Shown here piece after piece: positions 1 through 6,026 of a DNA stretch of 25,992 bases; positions within the stretch are counted from its first letter, which is position 1; every line of letters starts with the position of its first letter. The position numbers and the translations under genes are program-made. Under the pieces are notes generated by a model, which was given only the letters and a program-made list of their open reading frames with translations, had not been told where the DNA came from and did no database searches. Source of the stretch: a virus (Duplodnaviria > Caudoviricetes); IMG/VR virus record IMGVR_UViG_3300027213_000010, positions 1 to 25,992 of that record. One strand, written 5' to 3'.

Positions 1-2
1 AT

Positions 3-266
3 TACCCCCCCCATCAGATCATCCAGCCGTGGCAGTTCGGTCACGGTGAAACCAAGGCCACCTGTTTGTGGCTCAAGAACCTGCCACGCTTGAAGCCCAG
101 CAATGTGGTCGAGGGCCGCGAGGCAAAAGTGCATCGAATGCCGCCGGGGCCAGATCGCTGGAAAGAACGCAGCCGCACCTATCAGGGCGTGGCCGATGCC
201 ATGGCCAGCCAATGGGGCACCGTTACGCTGCCACCACCGATGCAGCAGCTAGACCTTGCCATCTGA
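3..266 (+). CDS. Putative phage DNA (cytosine) methyltransferase-like protein, C-terminal part (5' truncated by window)
   Basis: The frame of ORF 66..266 is open back to the window edge and reads YPPHQIIQPWQFGHGETKATCLWLKNLP...DRWKERSRTYQGVADAMASQWG. This matches a widespread phage family usually annotated as DNA cytosine methyltransferase. The catalytic N-terminus is not in the window. Confidence 0.6.
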   Translation, partial: YPPHQIIQPWQFGHGETKATCLWLKNLPRLKPSNVVEGREAKVHRMPPGPDRWKERSRTYQGVADAMASQWGTVTLPPPMQQLDLAI

Positions 267-606
267 GCAATCCATCCAGCAGCACATCCGCCTGACCTGC
301 AGCACTGGAGCTACCAGGCTGTTTCGCAATAACACCGGCACGCTGCGGGACCAGCATGGCCGCCCGGTCAGCTTCGGGCTGTGCAAGGGCAGCGCTGACC
401 TGATCGGCTGGCGCACGGTCACCATCACCCCAGACATGGTTGGCCAGCGCATCGCGGTCTTCACCAGCATCGAGGTCAAGACTGCTACCGGCAGGCTCCG
501 GCCAGACCAGCAGCAGTGGCTAGATGCAGTGCAAGCAGCAGGTGGCATCGCTGGTGTGGCTAGGTCTGTCGAGGATGCGTTACGGATTACGACGGCGGAC
601 GGTTGA
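256..606 (+). CDS. VRR-NUC domain nuclease (Holliday junction resolvase-like)
   Basis: SEQSIQQHI...FRNNTG...GSADLIG...IEVKTATGRLRPDQQQWLDAVQAAGGIAGVARSVEDA is the PD-(D/E)xK VRR-NUC pattern; TTG start overlaps the upstream gene. Confidence 0.85.
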   Translation: MPSEQSIQQHIRLTCSTGATRLFRNNTGTLRDQHGRPVSFGLCKGSADLIGWRTVTITPDMVGQRIAVFTSIEVKTATGRLRPDQQQWLDAVQAAGGIAGVARSVEDALRITTADG

Positions 607-630
607 CGACGGCGGCACATGGTGTAGGAT
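603..630 (+). promoter_or_regulatory. Host sigma70-type early promoter
   Basis: TTGACG (603-608), 16-nt spacer, TAGGAT (625-630), at the only sizeable intergenic gap before the coupled early operon; followed by hairpin GCCGG-AAGAC-CCGGC (639-653). Confidence 0.6.
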
Positions 631-670
631 GCACACAAGCCGGAAGACCCGGCACCCCAACCAGAGAGCC

Positions 671-853
671 ATGACCGCTACGACTATCGCCCTGCTGCTA
701 GCGCTGCTGCTATTGCCGCTGCTGGTGCTGCTATGGGCCACTGAGACCACCGAGCAACGCGTTAAGCGTCTGCGCAGCTACGGCTGGGCGCAGCGCCGCA
801 TTGCAGAGCACATGAACATCACCCGTTACCGCGTCCGTCAGGTACTCGCATGA
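671..853 (+). CDS. Small membrane-anchored helix-turn-helix protein (60 aa)
   Basis: ATG at 671 after GAGAG; hydrophobic N-terminus IALLLALLLLPLLVLLWA, then RVKRLRSYGWAQRRIAEHMNITRYRVRQVL (HTH pattern). Confidence 0.7.
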   Translation: MTATTIALLLALLLLPLLVLLWATETTEQRVKRLRSYGWAQRRIAEHMNITRYRVRQVLA

Positions 854-993
854 TCACCAACCCTTGGGTAAACCGCATCACCGCATTGGTGGTGCTTGCT
901 GCCATTTACGCCGCTGGCTATGCCGGTGGCCGCGACCAAGCCACGCTGGCGCATCACAACCATCCCGCTTGCAATACCAACCTCAAGCCATGA
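850..993 (+). CDS. Small single-TM hypothetical protein (47 aa, not in ORF track)
   Basis: MITNPWVNRITALVVLAAIYAAGYAGGRDQATLAHHNHPACNTNLKP; ATGA-coupled to both neighbours (850-853 and 990-993). Confidence 0.7.
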   Translation: MITNPWVNRITALVVLAAIYAAGYAGGRDQATLAHHNHPACNTNLKP

Positions 994-1190
994 GCGAATC
1001 TGACATCTACTGGACTTTCGTTACTGCCAGCAAATACGCCGGCAGTTTCTACCAAGCAATGGGCAATGCTGGCCTTGCCGCTGACCCCAACAACAAGCGC
1101 CGCATCCTTGCTGCATTTCCTGAGATGGTGGCGACCTACGGCGCCGCCAGCAGGTTGCATCAAACCATGCGCGCAGGGGTAGCAGCATGA
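990..1190 (+). CDS. Hypothetical protein (66 aa)
   Basis: MSESDIYWTF...KYAGSFYQAMGNAGLAADPNNKRRILAAFPE; ATGA coupling at both ends; the GSF...AD..N..RI..AFPE motif is familiar from phage small proteins. Confidence 0.7.
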   Translation: MSESDIYWTFVTASKYAGSFYQAMGNAGLAADPNNKRRILAAFPEMVATYGAASRLHQTMRAGVAA

Positions 1191-1975
1191 CCAGCAATGC
1201 CGACTACCACGCCGACCCAGCCATCAGCGCCAGCCACCTGCACGCTGTAGCTGCCAGCCCCTACCACTACTGGAGCCGCTTCCTAGCGCCAGACCGTCCG
1301 CCATCAGTGCAGACGGCTGCAATGAAGCTTGGCAGCCTCACGCATTGCGCAGTGCTGGAACCTGATGAGCTGAGCAGCCGATATGGCATCTGCCTGCCGC
1401 GCAATACCAAGGCCGGCAAGGAAATGGAAGGCGAGATGATTGCCGCCGGCATCGAAGCTGTCACCGCTTCAGAGATGGAGCAGGCAATGGCTATGGCCGG
1501 CAGTGTGCGCAGCCATCAAGCTGCTGCAGCACTGCTGCGTGACGGCAAGGCAGAGCAAAGTTTCTGGTGGGATGACACCCAAACAGGCCTGCGCTGCAAG
1601 TGCCGCCCTGACTGGTACAACGGCACCACCATCGTGGATCTCAAGACCACAACTGACGCCAGCCCCAAGGGTTTTGCTAAGTCGGTTGCGCAGTGGCGGT
1701 ACCACATTCAGCAGAACCACTACCTCGCCGGCACCTTTGCTGAGCGGTTTGTCTTTATCGCTGTTGAGAAAACCTACCCGTATGCCGTTGGCGTGTACGA
1801 GCTGGACGAGACTGCAGCGCTGCATGGTGAAGCGGAACGCCGCAACAACCTGCAGACCATCGCCGACTGCCGCGCCATTGCTGAATGGCCTGGCTACGGC
1901 AACACCATCCAACCACTGAGCCTGCCTAACTGGGCGCTCTACGGCACCACAACTATCACATCCGATGACTTCTAG
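1187..1975 (+). CDS. RecE/exonuclease VIII-like PD-(D/E)xK exonuclease (DUF3799-like)
   Basis: YHADPAISAS, GSLTHCAVLEP, KCRPDW, IVDLKTT, YHIQQNHY, FVFIAVEK motifs; directly upstream of a Bet recombinase. Confidence 0.9.
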   Translation: MTSNADYHADPAISASHLHAVAASPYHYWSRFLAPDRPPSVQTAAMKLGSLTHCAVLEPDELSSRYGICLPRNTKAGKEMEGEMIAAGIEAVTASEMEQAMAMAGSVRSHQAAAALLRDGKAEQSFWWDDTQTGLRCKCRPDWYNGTTIVDLKTTTDASPKGFAKSVAQWRYHIQQNHYLAGTFAERFVFIAVEKTYPYAVGVYELDETAALHGEAERRNNLQTIADCRAIAEWPGYGNTIQPLSLPNWALYGTTTITSDDF

Positions 1976-2720
1976 CTCCCTAGCGCTCTGGACACCAGAG
2001 CAAACCCAACTGATCAGCACCACCATTGCGCCTGGTTGCAGCGGTGATGAGCTACGGCTATTTGCGTATGCCTGCCAGCGCACCGGGCTAGATCCATTCA
2101 GCAAGCAGATCTACGCCATCAAGCGTTCCGGCAAGATGACCATCCAAGCTGGCATCGACGGCTTGCGCAGCATTGCGGAGCGTACCGGGCAGCTAGACGG
2201 CTCTGAGACGCTCTGGTGCGGTGACGATGGCGTCTGGACTGATGTATGGCTTGGCAGCAAGCCACCTGCAGCAGCCAAGACCACCATCTGGCGCAAGGGT
2301 GCTGGTCATCCATTTACTGGCGTTGCCCGCTTTGCTGACTACAACGCCGGCCAAGGGCTGTGGACCAAGATGGGGGCCACCATGATCGCTAAGTGCTCCG
2401 AGGCATTGGCACTGCGAAAGGCATTCCCCGCCGACCTCTCAGGCGTCTACAGCAGCGACGAGATGGAGCAGGCTGTTGAGCCTGTTACCGTGACCAGCAC
2501 GCCAGCACCAGCGCTACCTGCCGGCGATGACAAGGTATTTACCGCTGGCAAGGCTGCCATTGCAAAGGCAACCAATATGGAAGCCCTGGCCAAGGTGACC
2601 GAACGCATGGAAGCCCGCAAGGGTGACCTATCCACTGAGCAGCAGGAGGTCCTGCTAGCGCTTGCGCTGGACAAGGAAGCCAGCTTTACCACTGCTGAAG
2701 AGGATCCGTTTGATGACTGA
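1965..2720 (+). CDS. bet: Phage single-strand annealing recombinase Bet (RecT/Redbeta family)
   Basis: ELRLFAYACQRTGLDPFSKQIYAIKR, IQAGIDGLRSIAERTG, MIAKCSEALALRKAFP-DLSGVYSSDEM. Confidence 0.92.
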   Translation: MTSSSLALWTPEQTQLISTTIAPGCSGDELRLFAYACQRTGLDPFSKQIYAIKRSGKMTIQAGIDGLRSIAERTGQLDGSETLWCGDDGVWTDVWLGSKPPAAAKTTIWRKGAGHPFTGVARFADYNAGQGLWTKMGATMIAKCSEALALRKAFPADLSGVYSSDEMEQAVEPVTVTSTPAPALPAGDDKVFTAGKAAIAKATNMEALAKVTERMEARKGDLSTEQQEVLLALALDKEASFTTAEEDPFDD

Positions 2721-2922
2721 GCCGTACCTAACAACTGACCAGCTTGCAGCGCGTTGGGGGCTGCAACCAGCAGCCATCAAAAACCAACGCGCACGCGGCA
2801 TCGGCCCTAGCTACTACACCATCCCGCGTATCGGCTTCCCTGCTGGTACGCCTCGGGTGCGGTATCCGCTAGCGCAAGTGCTGGCATTTGAAGAATCCAA
2901 CTCCATTACACCACTGACATGA
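2713..2922 (+). CDS. Excisionase/AlpA-like winged HTH DNA-binding protein (69 aa)
   Basis: ATG at 2713; YLTTDQLAARWGLQPAAIKNQRARGIGPSY...RVRYPLAQVLAFE. Confidence 0.8.
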   Translation: MTEPYLTTDQLAARWGLQPAAIKNQRARGIGPSYYTIPRIGFPAGTPRVRYPLAQVLAFEESNSITPLT

Positions 2923-3269
2923 GCCTTTACGCATCCGGTATCATTCGCATTATCTCAGATATGCGGCTAAAAACATTTGACAGCGGCACGGTTGTTCTTA
3001 ACTTTGCTGGCGGTATTCAAGAGGGCAAGGACAAAAACGGAGAATACATTGAAAATGTTATGGACATCGAAGTGTGGGGCGAAAACTCTGCCAACGCTAT
3101 ACAAAAATACTGCAGCGTCAAAGATTGCATTTTTGTGAGCGGTGTTATTAAAATGCAGACTTGGCAAGACAAAGACACTGGCAAGGATCGTCGCAAGCAT
3201 GTATTTAGCGTGCAACGGTTTGAGTTCCTGCCACGCGCCGCACAAGCTAGCGATGAGGTTGCTTTCTGA
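2919..3269 (+). CDS. ssb: Single-stranded DNA-binding protein
   Basis: OB-fold SSB motifs DIEVWGENSANAIQKYC..KDCIFVSG.IKMQTWQDKDTGKDRRK; short acidic tail SDEVAF. Confidence 0.88.
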   Translation: MSLYASGIIRIISDMRLKTFDSGTVVLNFAGGIQEGKDKNGEYIENVMDIEVWGENSANAIQKYCSVKDCIFVSGVIKMQTWQDKDTGKDRRKHVFSVQRFEFLPRAAQASDEVAF

Positions 3270-3424
3270 TGGGTAAGCCCGACCTGATTGAGCTTGCATT
3301 CCGCGATTGGTGGGAGGAGTCGTATAAGCGCCCACCAACTGCACAGGCGGTTATGACCCACGTTGCTTTTGCCAAGCATGTGCTGCAGCTAGTCGAGTTG
3401 CTTGAGGTGGTAGGTGATGACTAA
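3269..3424 (+). CDS. Hypothetical protein (51 aa, not in ORF track)
   Basis: MGKPDLIELAFRDWWEESYKRPPTAQAVMTHVAFAKHVLQLVELLEVVGDD; TGATG coupling to ssb; fills the gap exactly. Confidence 0.7.
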   Translation: MGKPDLIELAFRDWWEESYKRPPTAQAVMTHVAFAKHVLQLVELLEVVGDD

Positions 3425-3602
3425 AACCCGAGCCGTCTTCTTTCAAAAAGGTGAGAATCGCATTGTCATCTGGACAAATCACACACGCTGGACCGTCACC
3501 GATATGGTTGCTGGCGGCACAAAGCAGTACACCAAACAACTAGCTATGGCGTTGTCGGCATCGCTAATGGCTGAAGGTTATGAGGCCACCGTCCATGGCT
3601 AA
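3417..3602 (+). CDS. Hypothetical protein
   Basis: ATG 3417 overlaps the upstream stop; GAGGTGG SD-like sequence upstream. Confidence 0.6.
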   Translation: MTKTRAVFFQKGENRIVIWTNHTRWTVTDMVAGGTKQYTKQLAMALSASLMAEGYEATVHG

Positions 3603-4041
3603 GCCCGCTTTTTGCAAGTTGCCCGAGCCGGTGGCGCCTACGGATAAGGCGTTACTGGAGCTGATGCCTCAACAGTTCCAGGATGATCTGGCCACGGTTT
3701 CTCGCTTGGCCGCTCATGGCACCAGCCCTGATGTAACGCCTGGCATATTCCGGGTCAGCTTGAACACAGGCGCCCTTGACTACGCCCGCGCCATCCTTGC
3801 CCGCTGGGGCACACCCGCCATCCAGCCGGTGCCGGTGAGCGAGCGCTTGCCAGGGCCTGAAGATTGCGATGCGGATGGGAGGTGTTGGTGGTGGCACCCC
3901 GACCACAAAGAAGATGACTTCGATGATGGCTGGATCTTGCTTAATCCCAAATGGGCAGGCGGCCGCCGCGATTCCGACGACTCCCCGATCTACACCCACT
4001 GGCTCCCCGCCAACGCCCTACCCACCCCCGAGGCCAAATGA
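3595..4041 (+). CDS. Hypothetical protein with C-terminal DUF551-like 'PVSERLP...THWLP' domain
   Basis: ARAILARWG-TPAIQPVPVSERLPGPEDCDADGRCWWW...YTHWLPANALPTP; start at 3595 chosen because it overlaps the upstream stop. Confidence 0.7.
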   Translation: MAKPAFCKLPEPVAPTDKALLELMPQQFQDDLATVSRLAAHGTSPDVTPGIFRVSLNTGALDYARAILARWGTPAIQPVPVSERLPGPEDCDADGRCWWWHPDHKEDDFDDGWILLNPKWAGGRRDSDDSPIYTHWLPANALPTPEAK

Positions 4042-4265
4042 CTGACCAACCGCTATCCCCCGCCGCTCAGGCGGTTTACAACGCAGTGCTTGAAATTTGC
4101 CCTGCTCCCGCTGATGAGCTTGCCGCTGCTGCACTTCGCGCTGCTGCTGATCAGGTGGCGCCCAGTGATGCAGACGAGCCGCGTAACTCCCTGCCCATGG
4201 CGATTGAGTGCCAACGTATCCGCGCCGAACTCCTCGCCATCGCCGCCGAGCTGGAGGCTCAGTGA
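4038..4265 (+). CDS. Hypothetical Ala-rich helical protein (75 aa)
   Basis: MTDQPLSPAAQAV...AAAALRAAADQV...RIRAELLAIAAELEAQ; ATGA and GTGA coupling. Confidence 0.7.
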   Translation: MTDQPLSPAAQAVYNAVLEICPAPADELAAAALRAAADQVAPSDADEPRNSLPMAIECQRIRAELLAIAAELEAQ

Positions 4266-4426
4266 CCTACTGGCGCGTCCTGGCCAAAGCACTTGGCGAG
4301 AAGGGTCACCCTGATCCACGCATCGCCGACCGCATCGCCTTGGTGCGCCTTATCATCCTGCTTAGCTACCTAACCACCAACGCATTCATCGTTGCTGGCG
4401 TAATCCGCCATTGGAACCACACATGA
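4262..4426 (+). CDS. Small membrane protein of a family I recognise from cyanophages (54 aa)
   Basis: GTG 4262; WRVLAKALGEK...ADRIALVRLIILLSYLTTNAFIVAGVIRHW; one TM segment; coupled at both ends. Confidence 0.7.
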   Translation: MTYWRVLAKALGEKGHPDPRIADRIALVRLIILLSYLTTNAFIVAGVIRHWNHT

Positions 4427-4815
4427 AACCTGCGATAGAACGCGGTGAAAAATGCTACAACGCTCGCCTAACTGAAGAGCAAGTGCGGCTTGCTCGCATT
4501 TATGTGATGCAAGGTCCAGTGGGTGTACTCCCGCAGTTAGCCCGTAAGTGGGGTGTAGGCACACAAACGCTGCGTAATGCAGTGATCTACAAAAACTGGA
4601 AGCACATCCCACCGCCAACGGCAGAAGAAATTGCTGCTACACCGCTGCCAAGCTGGGTTGAAACTGTTGGCAGGGGAACCGAACGAGCACACTGCGGGCG
4701 ATGCGTCCATTGGGACCATAACCGTGGTTGCACTATGGGGATACCCGAATCAGGAAACGGTGGATTCTTTGCCGCCAGTTGCGCGGCCTATGCCGTTACA
4801 AGCCTCGCGGACTAG
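4423..4815 (+). CDS. DNA-binding protein: HNH-endonuclease-type C-terminal HTH module plus Cys-rich putative Zn finger
   Basis: RGEKCYNARLTEEQVR...LARKWGVGTQTLRNAVIYKNWKHI followed by CGRCVHW..RGC...C; no HNH catalytic motif. Confidence 0.65.
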   Translation: MKPAIERGEKCYNARLTEEQVRLARIYVMQGPVGVLPQLARKWGVGTQTLRNAVIYKNWKHIPPPTAEEIAATPLPSWVETVGRGTERAHCGRCVHWDHNRGCTMGIPESGNGGFFAASCAAYAVTSLAD

Positions 4816-4977
4816 CCATCGAATCTGCGACTTCTGGCTAGCTTCTAGCTCCGCTAACAGCAGCGCGTATTCCAACAAGCCATTCCAATCACCATTGGCG
4901 TGCAATGCTCGTAATGCACTTGCATTGGCTGCGCCATGGAACTGTGCTTCCATTGTATGAACTAATGGATTCATCAT
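4750..4977 (-). CDS. Small helical hypothetical protein, antisense within the early arm and divergent from the sigma gene
   Basis: MMNPLVHTMEAQFHGAANASALRALHANGDWNGLLEYALLLAELEASQKSQIRWLVREA; fills the otherwise empty 4816-4975 gap; protein-like amphipathic sequence; start could be 4992, 4977 or 4974. Confidence 0.65.
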   Translation of the reverse strand: MMNPLVHTMEAQFHGAANASALRALHANGDWNGLLEYALLLAELEASQKSQIRWLVREACNGIGRATGGKESTVS

Positions 4978-5881
4978 GTCCCCATCACTCAAAAGCTACC
5001 TTAACGAGATTGCGCGGTATCCACTGCTCACAGTGGACCAAGAGATCCAATACGGCAGACGTATCGCCAGGATGCGTGAGCTAAAAGAGCTAGAGCGCCC
5101 ATTAACAGATGCAGAACAGCGGCTAGTGCGTAGTGGACTGCGTGCGCGTGAGCGGTTTATGCAATGCAATTTACAGCTAGTGGTGCATGTAGCAAAGAAG
5201 TATGAAAACCGCAAGCGCAAATCACTTGAGATTATGGACCTCATCCAGGAGGGTAATATCGGGCTAGCCCGTGCTGTTGAGTTGTTTGATTCATCACGCG
5301 GCTACAAGTTTTCGACTTATGCGTATTGGTGGATAAAGCAAGGTATACAACGTGCATTATCGCAGAATGACGCAATGATCAGATTGCCAACTGGCTTGCA
5401 TGAGCTGTTGGCTAAGGTAGCTCGCACTACATCAGACCTTAGCCATCGCATTGGCCGCACGCCAACATTGGCAGAAGTAGCAGATCATATTGATGTTGAT
5501 GTTAACGTTATTCATGATGCACTACGCCGCAGTCATACGGTATACAGCTTGGATGCAATAACAGTAGGCAGCGAAACTTTAACGCTGATTGATTTGATTG
5601 CCGACCCGCAATCATTAGTTGATATGGATGAACTTAGCATTAGCCATCAAGCGCAAGAAATGCTTGAGTTAATTGATAAGTATTTAGACGACCGCTCAAA
5701 GTTTATAGTGCGCAGCCGTAGGCTGCAGCAACCACTGACGTGGGCTGAGATCGCCGCAAAGCTTGGTGTTGCGCCATCGCGGGTGCAGCAACTTGAACGC
5801 ATGGCGCTGTTTAGATTAAAGATGATGCTCAACAAAGGCAAGGAACTAAATGACACCCCACTCGGCGGCTACAACCATTGA
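4976..5881 (+). CDS. Phage-encoded RpoD/sigma70-family sigma factor (cyanobacterial group-2-like, no region 1.1)
   Basis: Region 1.2 YLNEIARYPLLT..QE; region 2 NLQLVVHVAKKY...DLIQEGNIGLARAVELFD.SRGYKFSTYAYWWIKQGI; IRLP; region 4 HTH LTWAEIAAKLGV..SRVQQLE. Confidence 0.95.
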   Translation: MSPSLKSYLNEIARYPLLTVDQEIQYGRRIARMRELKELERPLTDAEQRLVRSGLRARERFMQCNLQLVVHVAKKYENRKRKSLEIMDLIQEGNIGLARAVELFDSSRGYKFSTYAYWWIKQGIQRALSQNDAMIRLPTGLHELLAKVARTTSDLSHRIGRTPTLAEVADHIDVDVNVIHDALRRSHTVYSLDAITVGSETLTLIDLIADPQSLVDMDELSISHQAQEMLELIDKYLDDRSKFIVRSRRLQQPLTWAEIAAKLGVAPSRVQQLERMALFRLKMMLNKGKELNDTPLGGYNH

Positions 5882-6026
5882 ACACATCAACAGCATGTGG
5901 AGAGTATGCACTAATGGTGTATGTAAAGAACACCGGCAGGAATGGCAGGCAAAAGTTTACTATCACCAAATGATCAATAATCCCAGCGCACACGCGGACG
6001 CCCAGCACGAATGCCTAGATGTATGA
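5850..6026 (+). CDS. Hypothetical protein (58 aa, not in ORF track)
   Basis: MTPHSAATTIEHINSMWRVCTNGVCKEHRQEWQAKVYYHQMINNPSAHADAQHECLDV; AAGGA upstream; overlaps the sigma end and the endolysin 3' end. Confidence 0.55.
   Translation: MTPHSAATTIEHINSMWRVCTNGVCKEHRQEWQAKVYYHQMINNPSAHADAQHECLDV

Noticed and set aside
524-670. N-terminal extension of ORF 524..853 (similarly 864, 2662, 3951, 4208, 7418 and 20696 starts)
   Set aside because: The extensions overlap upstream genes or regulatory sites; downstream starts give clean stop-start coupling
1469-2104. 211-aa minus-strand ORF across exo/bet
   Set aside because: Fully antisense to two well-supported genes and has no recognisable motif
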